Origin: Eledone cirrhosa
Lineage: Eukaryota
Direction of reading: 5' to 3'
Length of the DNA: 64,000 bases
NCBI GenBank assembly: GCA_964016885.1
Contig: OZ024745.1
Coordinates: 30,008,001-30,072,000 of the forward strand
The notes under the pieces are model-generated. The model ran no database searches, was not told the DNA's origin, and worked only from the letters and a program-made list of their open reading frames with translations. The position numbers were made by a program, and so were the translations under genes. Positions 24,767 to 39,810 of this stretch are shown piece by piece. Within the stretch, counting starts at the first letter, position 1; every line of letters starts with the position of its first letter.

Positions 24767-26304
24767 TTGTGTGCAGAGGATCAGCACAGATTGGAAAGAA
24801 ACAAAGCATGCATGCTCTGATGGATGTGTAATAGTAATATACACAAACATCAAAGCATAAACAAGCTAAGTGAGAAATTAGGCATGAGAGGAATCAGATG
24901 CTGTTTACTTGAGGGGAGATTACATTGGTATGGCCATGTGATGTGTATGAAGGATGACAGCTGTATAAAAAAGTGCAGGGAGATCAAAATTGCCATAGCT
25001 TTGACAAGAAGCCAGTCCAACTTATGGGGTTTGTTATTGTGGCTGGCCATTTCTGTCCCTATCACAGCAAATAGGAAGGTGGTTTGAGGATACAGAATAC
25101 CATGTTTCCACTGCCATATGTTTAGTGATAAACCTATCAGTACTTTGACAGCGTGAGATCTTCAGTTTTTCAGGCAATGGGGCCTTGGTCTGATGCTGAA
25201 TGCACCAGGTTGCTGCTGGAGAAAGTATCACTGTAGATATATGCCAGATGCAAAGTCTACTACCTATGAACAGGAAATTGTGATGCTGTTTGGTCTTTTG
25301 CTGTCCCCTTCTCTCTAATCTTACCCAGTTCTAGTTGTGATGGGAAGCCAGGTATATCCAAGCCATGCTTAACAGTCTCATTGAGGATGGCACATGGTGT
25401 GATGAGACCAGTGATGTGGTTTTATGACAGCAGAAGGAATCTAAAAGGGAAAAATATGAATCATATACAACATACATTCTTCCTCTGTCTTCACTGTTTT
25501 ATCCTCTTCACACACAGGACCATATGAAATACAATATAATGACTTATGTAAGAAAATAAATGGAATATTTTCAAGTAAGCCTACTGCAACTAACATAATG
25601 TAATTTTTTTAAAGGTATAGAATAAATTTTATACACAGTTGTATAAATAACATTACAAATACATAAATAACATTATACATTTCTTGCAATTCGTTCAGAA
25701 GACCATTAAAAATATAATGTCATTGATAAACACAAATATAAACACATAAAAGAGAGAAAAATAAAAATAAAAAAAGAATTGATTTCCAAACTAAACATCA
25801 AACAACACGATAACTCTAACACACGCAACATATATCATACAACATATTAAAAGTAACAGAGACAATGGGAGGACTCTTCAGCTGTATCAAAGATATGTGA
25901 ACCTCATTAGTATTGGTGTCATAATAAAATACAATTGGTAGAGCACAGAATCATATGTAAGGGAGTTGCAGGGCACTGGCCCGTCTGATCACCTGGTAGA
26001 GTGTGGGAATGACGTGAAATGCAGTCTCATGGCCCATCTGTCAGATCAGTAGCTCCACTTGAATACCGACCTGGTCTGTTGACAATCCATCCAATCTTTG
26101 CAAGGAAAGCAGATATTAAATAATGTTGGTGATGATGAGGATGTTTATTAAAAAAAAATATAGAAATATATACATTTGCTATGGGATATAACAATATATA
26201 AAAATATATACATCATGAAACATATATACAACATTTTTTATGAGATATAACATGATATATATATATATATAATATATACAACACTTGTTATGAGATATAT
26301 TATG

Positions 26305-26375
<71 letters not shown>

Positions 26376-26693
26376 TGATTATACATTTGCTATCGAATAC
26401 TTGCTAACATTATATGATTACGCAAGCAGCGATACATAGGTATTCCGTCTGTTACAGAAACATATGTCAATACCTAATAAATTCCTTTATAAAAGCACTT
26501 TCATTTTATATTCATCCTTTCTACATTTTCTCTGGAATATAATTTATACTCGTTGAGCAAACCTGCACGTACGCTGTTCATCTCTAACGTAACGATATAT
26601 TATCACTACATTATCGATAACCTGAAATTTTATATATATATATATATATATATAACTATATACATTTGCTATGGGATATAACGTGAAATATAC

Positions 26694-26762
26694 CTGGTTC
26701 TCCTGTGACAGACATCTTCCATGGTTCCTCATCAACTTCCCTTTTTACTATTGGTATCACCA
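26694..26762 (-). CDS. Short exon (69 nt, phase 1-1) VVIPIVKREVDEEPWKMSVTGEP
   Basis: ttgtcag acceptor, G|gtatat donor, open frame. Confidence 0.72.
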
Positions 26763-27708
26763 CTGACAATGAAGAGAATCAAGTATTAAGAGGAGAATGG
26801 TTGGGTGAAACAGAGTGATGTGAGGATGGATGAATGAAAAAGTAAAGAGGTACAGAAATGACAAGATAGTAATGCATGGTAAACAGGGGTCAAAATATAA
26901 ATACTTTACTGAAATTTAATGTTTTCTGAAATATGAATAAATTTTACTAAAATATATTTTTGCTAAAATAAAAATTTTATTAAAAGTTAAATATATTTTT
27001 CGAAAATATGATTTTTACTAAAATACATATAAACATTATAAAAATTTAAATAAAGTTTTCTAAAATATAAGCAAATTTACTAATATATAATTTTTACTAA
27101 AATATAAATTTTACTATTTTACTAAAATAAATATATATAAATTTCATTACAATAAATATAAATTTTATTAAAATTTAAATATATTTTTTTAAATAAATAA
27201 TTTTATTGCAATAAATGTTATTAAATTTTGAATACATTTTTCTAAAATATAAATAATTTTACTAAAATAATGAATTTTATTGAAATATAAATAAATTTTA
27301 CTTAATTTAAAAACTGTTCATGTGGTATTTTGTAGTGGTGTGAGAGAATTATTCCATCAGGTGGTTGTTAAATTTAAATGTAATGTTGGGTAGGGGCTGC
27401 ATTGCAGAGCTGGATCTTGGAAGTGGTGCAAAGATGGAGAATGTGAAAACGTTTTGTTATCTAGTAGATATGTAGAATGGAGAAGGTGGATTGGATTCAA
27501 TGACAGGAGCAAGAATGAGATATACATGGTAAAAGTTCTGGGAACTAAATGGTGAGCTAATGATGAAGAGGAGTGTTACTGAAACTGGAGGGAAAGGGTG
27601 TGTGCTGCATATGTGAGAAGTGACCTGGTTTATGGGAGAGGGCATGGAAGGTGAGTATGGAGTAATAGAGAAGGCAGTAAAGACAATAGAATATAACATA
27701 AAACAAAC

Positions 27709-27783
27709 CTGATGCCTCTTCCTCATCAGATAGGATTTCTGAATCAGTGGATGGAAGTCGAGCCCATGATGGCACAGAAGTAA
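27709..27783 (-). CDS. Short exon (75 nt, phase 1-1) xTSVPSWARLPSTDSEILSDEEEAS
   Basis: caacag acceptor, G|gtttgt donor, open frame. Confidence 0.72.
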
Positions 27784-28188
27784 CTGTTGATTAATCAATA
27801 CAATTGAATAATACTAGCGAAGACAACTGAATGATATTAAAATGGTTTTAGACATTGTATTGTTTCATAAATTTCAAATTCATTTATAATATGATTATGA
27901 CATAAAGAGAAACAAAATCGTATTTCCATTGCTGATATTATCACAACTTTCAGCAGAAGAAAGCGGCCAATCATCAGATTGAACCAAGGAAACAATGTTT
28001 TCATTGGTTTTTCCATGTCTGATATTATCTATCAGTCACAACTCATGGCAGAAGAAAGGGGCCGATTGTCAGATCAGACTAAGGAAAATTTTCTATATTT
28101 ATAAATTAGGTTCTCTTAGCAATCTTTTTTATTGAAATGTAACGTATATTGCTAACAAGTTTTACTTATATATACATTCTTTGTTCCC

Positions 28189-28246
<58 letters not shown>

Positions 28247-28516
28247 TATACACATACATACACACACATATATGTACATATACACATACACACATGTATA
28301 TATATATTCATTTATATTAAGGCTAAGAAATGAGTCTTTGAAATGCTCTTTGCTTTTATATGGTTGTATTCTTAACTAATCAAAGCTTTATACATACATA
28401 CATACATACATACATACATACATACATACATACATACATACAGACAAACATACATACATACATACATACATACATACAAATATACATACATACATACATA
28501 CATATATATATGTATG

Positions 28517-28549
<33 letters not shown>

Positions 28550-29116
28550 GAAAAGTGTAATTTTCTACACAAAACGAAGGTTATAGAGAAAATTGAGGTT
28601 GGTAATGGCACATGGAATATATAAGAGACAGAATACTTTTTTGTGAAAAAACATAATTTTATAAGGTAAGGAAATAATAAAGGGTATAAAAAATGACCGG
28701 TTTCAATGGGTCTGCAAAAGCCATCTTTTCAAATGTTGATTAATATTAAGAAAAATTAATAATACGAAGAGTTAAAATTTGAGACTTGAAAATTCAAGTA
28801 TAAAATTCATTGTGGGATTTCATAGCAGTTTTCATCTAGGTAGCAACAACAGGTTGACTACTGTGTCCCTTTCTGGTAGTGAATGAGAAGTTATTTGGGG
28901 TGTGGGTTATTTTATAAAGGTCAGATTTAGCAATCACCAACTGGCCAGCTGCTGGTCAGTGAGGGGGTGGAAGCAATATACGTACACATATCTTCCTGTG
29001 GTGGGTAGGGGAGTGGAGCGTGATAGAAAGGGATTTAGTGCACTTACACCTATATATACACACATACCTTCATCCACACATACATACATATACATATACA
29101 TATATATATATACATA

Positions 29117-29522
29117 TGGTGGCTGCCAACTCGTTTTCGAGTACGGCCACTACTTTATATCCATGTAGGAGAACCCCTACCGATGCGCTGAACGAATGTG
29201 ACTTTTTAGTCCAGCCAGCGACTTGAAAACTCTGGTACAAACACTACACTTGTGACAATTATTGACACATAGTGCTGGGCCCATGGTACCCTGTGACGAC
29301 AAGTGCAGAGATCTCCAGATATAAAGCAATGCCTGTGCCGTGAAGCTTTTATAGTGAGCAAAGGCACTGCACAAAGCCAGTCCCACTCTCTTAACCAAGA
29401 TGATATTTACCAAAAAGAAGAACAAGTCAACATCATTGGATACCATCAGGGTTGCAGGTGTTATATCAGAGTTTTCCTTCTCCTAGAATTCTGCCTTGAC
29501 AAAGGCTAAGGGGTCATCTCTC
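29117..29522 (-). mobile_element. RTE-BovB-like 3' end (non-autonomous copy)
   Basis: C2H2 remnant CSVCTRVFKSLAGLKSHIR; inverted near-identical copy at ~45230-45636. Confidence 0.7.
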
Positions 29523-29605
29523 CCGGAATATATACATATACACACATACATACACACACACATACATATACATACACACATACACACACACACATATATA
29601 CACAT

Positions 29606-29662
<57 letters not shown>

Positions 29663-29729
29663 TATATATACATACACATACATCCAGATACACACATACA
29701 TACACACACACACACACATATATATATAT

Positions 29730-29765
<36 letters not shown>

Positions 29766-30535
29766 CCCCCCCCACACATACACACACACACATATATATA
29801 TACATACACACACACAAACATACACACACACACATATATATACACACATACACACACATATATATACACACACACACACACACACGCATATATATATATA
29901 TATACACATACGCATACATCCAGATACCCACATACATACACACACACACGCACACACAATACATACATCCACATGCACACACATACACACACACATATAC
30001 ACATACATACACCCACACACAGAGAAATGGCCTTCAAATATATATATATATATATACATACAGACACATATATTTTTTCCATAATATAAGAAGTTGGGGC
30101 AGTGAAATTAAAATACAAGTCATTCTGATCACATTGAGTTCTTCATGTAGATTGGGCCCCGCAACCGACAGTGGTGAATTCTGTGTGCGCATATATATAT
30201 AGATATATGTGTGTGCACGTGCAGGGTTTAACATGGATGTGTTGGTCACACAAAGGCATGGTCTGTCAATGAATAAACCTGATTCTACAGAATTGGTCTC
30301 TGGTCTTTAATAGTAGTGATTCCGTGCGTATGTGTGTTTATATTTTATGACAATTCTATTGGGGTGATAACCCGTTTAGTTTTGGTTTAAATTTGTTAAG
30401 GAATAGATTTTCTTTGTTTATTCTTTGTTGCTGTGTGAACGAATCTGAGCACTTGTAGAAGGGGAAGATTTTAAAGTATATATATATATATATTATTCAA
30501 AATATTAATAAATGAAGACGTTCACAAAATATATG

Positions 30536-30597
30536 TTTTATTATATATATTTCGGAGGTACTGTGCTGTTTTTTCAGTATGTCCTCATCAGATAAAA
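30536..30597 (-). ncRNA. Minimal type I hammerhead ribozyme motif
   Basis: ttttat-CTGATGA-gga..tactg/cagta..tcc-GAAA-tatata-TA-ataaaa; same family as 547-605 with a different stem II. Confidence 0.72.
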
Positions 30598-30968
30598 TAC
30601 ATGAATTGATGTATGACATACCTCAACTGTCTTGATAGTTCAATTCCAGTCTTAGCAGTGATTTATTACAACAAAACTCAATATTTATATACCACAAATA
30701 ATAACATGACAAACTAAATATGAAGAAGAGGATGTGGAGCAAGATATAAGTATCAGGAGGGGGTGAGTATGAGAAAATATAGAAGAAATTTGGTTAAGAG
30801 GTGCCTTCTGACTGTACGTTTCACTTTGTACATAGGCAATCTCATACCCATACTTATTATATATATATATATATATACACATACATATATATATATATAT
30901 TTAGATATATATATATACATATATATATATATTTAGATATATATATATACATATATATATATATTTAG

Positions 30969-31000
<32 letters not shown>

Positions 31001-31015
31001 GTATATTTACATATA

Positions 31016-31061
<46 letters not shown>

Positions 31062-31191
31062 AATATATAATATATATATTTAGATATATATATATATATA
31101 CATATATATTTATAGAACCATATTTATTTTATTATATATATTTCAAGGATAACCAAGACAATGAATTACCAACCGATAAAACAAACTTTGT

Positions 31192-31249
31192 ATTTTATCT
31201 GATGAAAGCGTACGTAGCAATGTTGTCTTGGTTACCTTGAAATATATAT

Positions 31250-31250
<1 letters not shown>
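31192..31250 (+). ncRNA. Truncated hammerhead motif of the same family
   Basis: ttttat-CTGATGA-aag...ctt-GAAA-tatata-TA; the 3' stem I strand is replaced by (CA)n. Confidence 0.5.
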
Positions 31251-31306
<56 letters not shown>

Positions 31307-31614
31307 TATATATATATATATAGAAAATATTTAAGTATCGTGAGAGAGAAGAAGAGGTTTAAAGGGATAAGCGATACATATAGTTAGTTGCCAAAAGGTT
31401 GTGCATTTGTGCTCAATACTTGTGGCTACAGGGTTAAATATTGGAAGCGTTAATATTTAGCGGGCGAGAAAATAAGCAGAGCGGTTACAAATGAAAGGAT
31501 TACAAAGGAGAATATATAAAGTGTCACAACATGTTTATATAAAAGCACCTATGTACGTATGTGCTTTTATATAAACATGTTCTGACAGTATATATTCTTC
31601 TTTGTAATCCTTTC

Positions 31615-31680
<66 letters not shown>

Positions 31681-31766
31681 GTATATTTATATATATATTT
31701 ATATATATTTGTGTATATATGACTAGTGTAATGAGTGAAATCAATAAAATGTAATGTGAAATTTAC

Positions 31767-31865
31767 TTGTGCCTCTCCTAAGTGCTGTCCTAAGTGCTGC
31801 CCTCACAGTTGTACGTGGATGTTCTCGGTAGTCGGCGTCTATCTGTAGCTTACTTTTAAGTGGAC
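31767..31865 (-). CDS. Short exon (99 nt, phase 1-1) GPLKSKLQIDADYREHPRTTVRAALRTALRRGT
   Basis: ttttctatttaag acceptor, A|gtaaat donor; GC-richer island in AT-rich intron. Confidence 0.68.
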
Positions 31866-32748
31866 CTTAAATAGAAAATAATAATATTTACTCTATTTGT
31901 TTTGCAAGATTCTTGATGTGAAATCATGTACTGAAACAGATATTGTTATATTTGGAGATGGTCATGTTGCCAATACTGCCAATAACAACAGACACAGTAC
32001 AAGATGGAGTAAAAAAGGTAGACCAGAAAGAAGAGGAAAGCAAATATCCATTGGAGAGGTCACAGAATGTGTAATGAAAGAACTTTCACCAACTAACTGA
32101 TAATAAAACTAAAGTGAAAATCAAATAGTATTTGTGTTTTTATTGGCAATATTGGCTACATGACCATTCCCAAATATGACAATAATGGTTTCTGATTAAG
32201 GCACAAGGCCAACAATTAAATTGACCAAAGTGCATTACTGGTACTTTATTTTAACGACCATGTAAGGATGAATGGGAAAGCTAACCTTAGAAGGATTTGA
32301 ATGCAGAATGTAAAAACTATAAGTATATGCCACAAAGCATGTTGTCTGATGCTCTACCGATACTGTCATTCTGCCGCCCAAATAATAGCTATTAACATCT
32401 TGCAATTGTTGAGCAGAAAATATCTAAATTCAGGTTTGTTAATTCAAATGTTTTATAGTATCTCTACATCCAAACAGATCATTGCGAAAACTTACAGTGA
32501 TATGAAAATAAACATCAGCATGTATGTATTTGTGTATGGTCAGGTTCCTCTCAAGCATTAGTGGTAACATGTAACCCAGTACAAGACTAATTCTGAATGT
32601 GATGCAGTCTTAGTGCTGTTTTGTACTTTTCAAGAATATCTTGCTAATATGGTTTAATTCAAATGTTTATAATATCTTTACTACTGGACAGATTACACAC
32701 AGTCACATATATGAACATACACATGCATGCATATGCACACACATAAAT

Positions 32749-32784
<36 letters not shown>

Positions 32785-33045
32785 CAGTGGCGAAGGGTAA
32801 CCTGGAAAGCAGGGCATGCAGTCCAATCGCCATGGAGGAAAGTGGGGCTGTGCAGCCTTAAACCCACCCCCCATTCCCTCTAAATGACCCTCCCGGTCAA
32901 AGCCGCATGTAGTTTATCTAGTGTGTGTGTGTGTTATCTTTTTATGTGTCTACGATTTAGTAAGCAGCCAAAATTCTGCTTGCTTCAACTGACGCAATTG
33001 ATCAACTCAAGATTCTATAACGCATGCATGCACCCTTCGCCCCTG
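32785..33045. mobile_element. hAT-type MITE
   Basis: TIRs cagtggcgaaggg/cccttcgcccctg within (AT)n (8-bp atatatat flanks). Confidence 0.7.
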
Positions 33046-33062
33046 ATATATATATATTGAAG

Positions 33063-33400
33063 GAGGCACATGGCTTAGTGGTTAGAGCATTGGCCTGGCA
33101 ATCGAAAGGTTGTGAGTTCAATTCTCAGACCGGGTGATGTGTTGTTTCCTTGAGCAAGACACTTTATTTCACATTGCTCCAGTTTACTCAGCTGTAGAAA
33201 TGAGATGATAGGGACCTCAGTCCCTATCATTCCACTGCAAAGTGGTCGTGGAGGTGCCACGGCAAAAAAGCACCCAGCACTCACTGTAAATGAGGTTGGT
33301 GTTAGGAAGGGCATCCAGCTGTAGAAATCAAGCCAGAATCAGTTCCCGTCCCACCCTTGCAAGCAGGGAAAAAGCGGACGTAAAATGAAATGATGAAATG
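33063..33400 (+). mobile_element. tRNA-derived SINE with RTE-type 3' tail
   Basis: A box tggcttagtggtt, B box gagttcaattct, ccttgagcaagacact core, tail gttaggaagggcatccagc; copies at 55524-55915 (+) and 48445-48730 (-). Confidence 0.85.
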
Positions 33401-34739
33401 ATATATATATACACACACACATTCATGTATATGTGTAAATATATATGCACACATGCATATACACACACACATACATGCATACATATATACATATACATAA
33501 ATGCACACACACACACATAAATATTTGCTCTATATATAGAAAGATGAAAATAAAAAGAATTACTCCTGCAACATATATATATATATATTTTATAAAATCC
33601 TAGAATGAGGTCGTGTAGGTGTCACAACAAAAAAAACACGCAGTCCATGCCTGTAATGTGGCCGTGTAGGTAACACGGTAAAAACCTCCCAGCCCCACAC
33701 TGTAAACGTGGTTGGTGTTAGGAAGGGCATCCAGCCGTAGAAAACCTGCCAGACAGTCCTATACGAGCAAGACAACCAATCTTGCCTCACGTGGGAAAAT
33801 TCTCCTCCAAAACCATTCTAACGTGGAAGATGGATGTTAAACGATGATGATGATGATGATATACGCATAATTTGCAGGAATAATTCTTTTTATTTTCATC
33901 TTTCTATATATAGAGCAAATATTTATGTGTGTGTGTGTGTGCGTGCATTTATGTATATGTAAGCATGTATGTAAGCATGTATGTGTGTGTATGTATATGC
34001 ATGTGTGCATATATATTTACACATATACATGAATGTGTGTGTGTATGTGTATATATATATATATGTGTGTGTGTGTGTATTTATGTGTGTGCATATGCAT
34101 GCATGTGTATGTTCATATATGTGTGTGTATGTGTGCATGATAGTGTTGGTGCCACAAAAATAAGTATTCAGCATGTATTTATGTATGTATGTATGTGTGT
34201 ATATGTATACAATACTACTGGTGCCACAAAACTAAACACCAGCATGTATGTATGAGTGTCAGTGTGTGTGTATGGTCAGATTGCTTTAAAACGCAACTGG
34301 TAACATGTAACCCAATATAACCTGTTGCATAGTTGGGTTGAGGAAAAAACAAAATATGTCATAGGGCGAAGGAACATCCAACAAACAACATTCAACATTT
34401 GATGGGGAGAGCTGTGATGTGTACAGGCCTAATAAGGAGGAAGTATGTAGTAGTAAACCCACACATAGGTGACAATGGTATGACCCAGCAGCACCCTGAG
34501 TGACTGAGCAGCTCTTTCCAGGGATAGCACAGCTCACCTCTTAGCCAGAAGGCATCAAGAAAAGGTGATTTTAAACAAAGCTTGCCTATAACTTAGCTGG
34601 CCAGCAATCCATGGCTAGTGGCTGTTAACTTATGAGAGAAAAATACTTGTGATGAAATGACTAATATAACAAATTATGAACAGAATACATTTTCAATGAT
34701 ATCTTTGACAACTGCAACACTACTGGATTTACCAAACTC

Positions 34740-35575
34740 AAATCATCCTGAACATTGAACTGCCTTTATCTTTAAAGAGTTCCATTAATATCAATTGGGA
34801 ATTGTTTCTCTCTCTTAGGATTGTCAGAAAGAGTAACCAGACTCAGGATACACATTCTACAATGGCTGCTCAGAAAATGAGCATCATGAAGCTGGAGCTG
34901 GTTTTGCTTTAAGAACCTCTCTGGTGCAACATCTGCTGGAACTTCTGTATGGTATCTCCAATCAGATTATGACACTTAGGTTGCCACTTCACTTTCATCA
35001 CATTGTGACTTGGGTCAGTGTGTATGCTCCAACTCTAGTAAGTCCCCAAGAAGGAATAGAGAAATTTTATGTGGATCTGAATAGTTTTGAAAAATGTAAA
35101 TATTGAAGATAAACCTGTAGTAATGGGTGATTTGAATGCTTATATTACATGTGACTTGACTACATGGAGCAGCATAGGTCCTCATGGAATGGAAAAGTGT
35201 AATAGCAGTGTATTTCTTCTGCAGATGTACCAAGAATTCGATCCTGTGATAGGAAACATGGCAACATCTGGCAACATTGATAATATTTTAAGAGGAATTT
35301 GAAGTGGTGTGCAAGAGAGAAGACTGCATTGGTATGGACATGTGATGTGCATGGATGATGATTCCTGGGTGAAGAAGTACCAAGAAATCCTAGTGGAGGG
35401 AAGCTACAGTAGAGGTAGCTCTAGGGAAAGATGGGCAGAGGTGGAGAGGGCTGATCTCAAATTGCTGAGACTCACAGAGGTGATGACAAAGGAAAACAGC
35501 AAGTGGAGAGATGCCATGTAGAAAAATAACTGTCCAACACATGCAAGCATGGAAAAACGGTTGTGATGGTGACGA
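34740..35575 (+). mobile_element. Degraded RTE fragments (endonuclease and 3' end)
   Basis: VSVYAPTL, VMGDLNA and QERRLHWYGHVM motifs. Confidence 0.75.
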
Positions 35576-35597
35576 TGATAAATTTTATTAAACATAC

Positions 35598-35645
35598 CTT
35601 TAGTTGGCGAAAATGTTCCTACTCTTGCAGCAGCAAATAGTATTT
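35598..35645 (-). CDS. Repeated micro-exon (48 nt) EILFAAARVGTFSPTK
   Basis: attag|...G|gtatgtttaa with conserved flanking intron block (tcatttgaaacaacatattacattga on +). Confidence 0.8.
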
Positions 35646-36383
35646 CTAATTAAAAAAAATAATAATGTCTTATATATCATTTGAAACAACATATTACATT
35701 GAGTTTTCCTGCTCAGTTTATTATATTATATTATATATATATAATATATATATATATAATATATATATATATAATATATATATATATTATATATAATATA
35801 TATATATTATATATATAATATATATATTATATATATTTTATATATGTATATATATATATAATATATATATATATAATATATATATATATAATATATATAT
35901 ATATTATATATAATATATATATATTATATATATAATATATATATTATATATATTTTATATATGTATATATATATATATATATGGAAAAAATGAAATTTCA
36001 TTTCTCACTCTTAGTATGGCTGATACTTAAATATAAGTATGTATACGTACAGTTCATCGTTCCTTAGTCAGTGTTGAACAAAAGGGCAACTTGCCGAACA
36101 CTGTACGGCTACTAATTCGGGATGTTTGTTTACAAACAAACCGAGCATTATAATAAATGTTCGGTAAAACCATATGTACATATATATATGTGTGCATGTA
36201 TGTATATACATACTAGTGTACGTCTGTATACAAATATGTATGTACGTATACATACTTACATATATATTATATATATATAATATATATATATATATTATAT
36301 ATATATATATTATATATATATTATTATATATTATATATATATATATTATATATATATTATATATATATTATATATATATAATA

Positions 36384-36427
<44 letters not shown>

Positions 36428-36794
36428 ATATATATCCGTGTAACCCATGCTAGCATGGAAGAACGGACATAAAGCGGTGATGATGATGATGATGATATAT
36501 ATAAATTATATATATATATTATATTTATATATTATATATATATTATATATATATATTATATATATATTATATATATATATTATATATATATTATATATAT
36601 ATATATTATATATATATTATATATATATTATATATATATATTATATATATATTATATATATATATATTATATATATATTATATATATATTATATATATAT
36701 ATTATATATATATTATATATATATATATATTATATATATATTATATATATATATATATTATATATATATATATTATATATATATATATTATATA

Positions 36795-36838
<44 letters not shown>

Positions 36839-37880
36839 CAAAGGAATTGTGGTAAGGAACCAGATGGACCATAATGCACCAAAGTACTCAATACTTAGGG
36901 TAGTAGAGTGGGTAACAGGAACAAGTATGACCCCGACGGCAGAGCTCAAGCCGTTTCGATGGCTATTTCTGGACTAAACAAGAATTTTTAGCCTGGTAAA
37001 TAAATAGCTGAACTTCTCAGGGGGTATTACCTTATATGGGAAGATAGTAATTGAGGATTGGTCAAAAACCTTTTGTAAAGACAGATCATGGCATCTGGTG
37101 GGAGGTAGGAGTGGCTGAACTTGCCGGTAGAACAAAGAGGGAGTGGGGGAAACCCAGAGAAGCGTTGAAATTGAAATCTATACAGCATATTCTAAGGATA
37201 GTTTATAAATGGTCGAAAAAAGTGTGCTGGAGAAGAGGAGCGGGTGGAGTTGGAAGAATAGGTAATTTGAAAGGGAGTAAAAAAAAAAAAAAAATCCATT
37301 ATAAAAATAAGGAAATAAATATATAAAAACAATTTCTGGTTACTACTCCATTTCTACAATCACCAAATTTCTCATTGGAATTGCTAAGCTATAGAAAAGT
37401 TTAATAGGTGGAGAATGGGAAAAATACTAAATACGAGATTGTAGTGAAAGAATTTTATAAAGCCTGCTTTACAGGGGGTCTAACACTGCTGCTATAGATA
37501 GTTAGTAATCAGCCAATGCTATCTTACAATGACAGGTTAGTAAGTTGAGAACAAAAATACTAAAATACTATTACAAAAATATTAATACTAATACAAAAAT
37601 ACTACTAAAAAATTTAGAAACCCATAGAAATGGAGCAGCAACCAAAAAGAAAAAAAATTACTGGGGTCTAACACATCTGCTATAAAAAGCGTAATCGGCT
37701 AATTCTATCTTAAAATTAGGGGGGAGGGGGTACTGAGGTTACAGAGGACCGATGGGCTGCATCGGGGTAGGCGAAAGGTTAAAAAAAGGAGATCTGGGGT
37801 GGAAGGACTAGGTAGAGATGGGGGGAAGAAGGAAACATAGAGGAAAAAATAATGCCATCGGGGTCATACTTTTTCCTATA

Positions 37881-37915
<35 letters not shown>

Positions 37916-37919
37916 ATAT

Positions 37920-37989
<70 letters not shown>

Positions 37990-38043
37990 TATATATATTA
38001 TATATATATATATATATTATATATATATATATATTATATATAT

Positions 38044-38241
38044 AACGCACCAGAGTACTCAATACTTAGGGAAGTAGAGTGGGAAATAGGAAAAAGTATG
38101 ACCCCGATGGCAGAGCTCAAGCCATTTCGACGGCTATGTCTGGACTAAATTAGAATTTTTAGCCAGGCTAAAAATTCTAATTTAGTCCAGAAATAGCCCT
38201 CGAAACGGCTTGAGCTCTGCCGTCAGGGTCATACTTTTTCC

Positions 38242-38291
<50 letters not shown>

Positions 38292-38329
38292 TATAATATA
38301 TATATAATATATATATATATATAATATAT

Positions 38330-38371
<42 letters not shown>

Positions 38372-38480
38372 ATAATATATATATATATAATACATATATA
38401 TATATATAATATATATATATATAATATATATATATATATAATATATATATATATATAATATATATATATATATAATATAT

Positions 38481-38554
<74 letters not shown>

Positions 38555-38902
38555 ATATTATATAATAATGTATAAAAATCAATACAATATAATTACCTCA
38601 TTACCAGAGGTTTCGCGAATGAGGCGAATACGAAAGAAGCGTCTTCATTCGTTCGTCAGACGAGGCAATATATTCGGGAAATATATTCGGCAATATATTC
38701 GGGAAACCTCTGGTAATGAGGTAATTATATTGTATTGATTTTTATACATTAAATTTTGCTCTGATACTTACATAGAGCACTCTTCACTTCTATGACCTTT
38801 TCTGTTTTCAACGGAAATTTCAATATCTATATATTATATATATATATTATATATATATATATATTATATATATATATATTATATATATATATATTATATA
38901 TA

Positions 38903-38961
<59 letters not shown>

Positions 38962-39018
38962 ATATATTATATATATATATATATTATATATATATATTAT
39001 ATATATATATATATTATA

Positions 39019-39060
<42 letters not shown>

Positions 39061-39260
39061 GGAAAAAGTATGACCCCGACGGCAGAGCTCAAGCCGTTTC
39101 GAGGGCTATTTCTGGACTAAATTAGAATTTTTAGCCTGGCTAAAAATTCTAATTTAGTCCAGACATAGCCGTCGAAATGGCTTGAGCTCTGCCATCGGGG
39201 TCATACTTTTTCCTATTTCCCACTCTACTACCCTAAGTATTGAGTATTCTGGTGCGTTAT
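38044..39260. repeat. Nested palindrome (~1.2 kb)
   Basis: 38044-38245 is the reverse complement of 39056-39260; each arm is itself palindromic; central 48-bp inverted repeat at 38567-38614/38703-38750. Confidence 0.9.
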
Positions 39261-39357
39261 ATATATATATATAATATATATAACAAAGGAATATATATAT
39301 TATATATATATTATATATATATATATTTAGTTATGTAATAAACAATATAAGGCAATT

Positions 39358-39419
39358 ATTTCATTCACCAGTGGTTTCTTAAAAGCAAACAAATTTGCTT
39401 TCAATCATCAGAATGAAAA
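39358..39419 (-). ncRNA. Hammerhead ribozyme motif with G at the cleavage position (probably inactive)
   Basis: ttttcatt-CTGATGA-11-bp stem II-GAAA-ccactgg-TG-aatgaaaa; 8-bp stem I. Confidence 0.6.
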
Positions 39420-39734
39420 AATCCTGGTGTATTTATTGACATTGGATTTTTAAAACAAAAATATAATCTATATGAAAGTGAGGCTGGAAAAGGAAGAAGG
39501 AAAGGAAAAATAAACACACATGCACACACACACATACACACACACAATTACATACACACACATATATACATACACATATATACACACACATACATACACA
39601 TACACACATATATATGTATATATATATACATACACATACATATACACATACATACATACACACATATATATCAACATATACATACATACACATACACACA
39701 AATATACAAACACGCACACACACACACACACATG

Positions 39735-39810
<76 letters not shown>

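Larger units (their letters stand above)
20405..24991 (+). mobile_element. RTE LINE RT fragment split by the Gypsy insertion
   Basis: CSESTVARVRMGWKKF...ETWALC | AEDQHRLERNKACML; contiguous once the Gypsy and one TSD copy are removed. Confidence 0.9.

Noticed and set aside
20615-24860. Overlapping plus-strand and short ORFs inside the Gypsy element
   Set aside because: Antisense or alternative frames of GC-rich gag/pol/LTR sequence with no independent motifs.
25325-25440. Possible exon after acceptor at 25441
   Set aside because: Stops occur in all frames before the donor, and the implied 35-nt intron is too short.
30621-30650. Possible exon ending GAG|gtatgt
   Set aside because: Phase-1 reading has a stop and the length is not a multiple of 3.
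33063-33135. tRNA gene
   Set aside because: A and B boxes belong to a SINE head that continues into SINE core and LINE tail; no acceptor stem or terminator.
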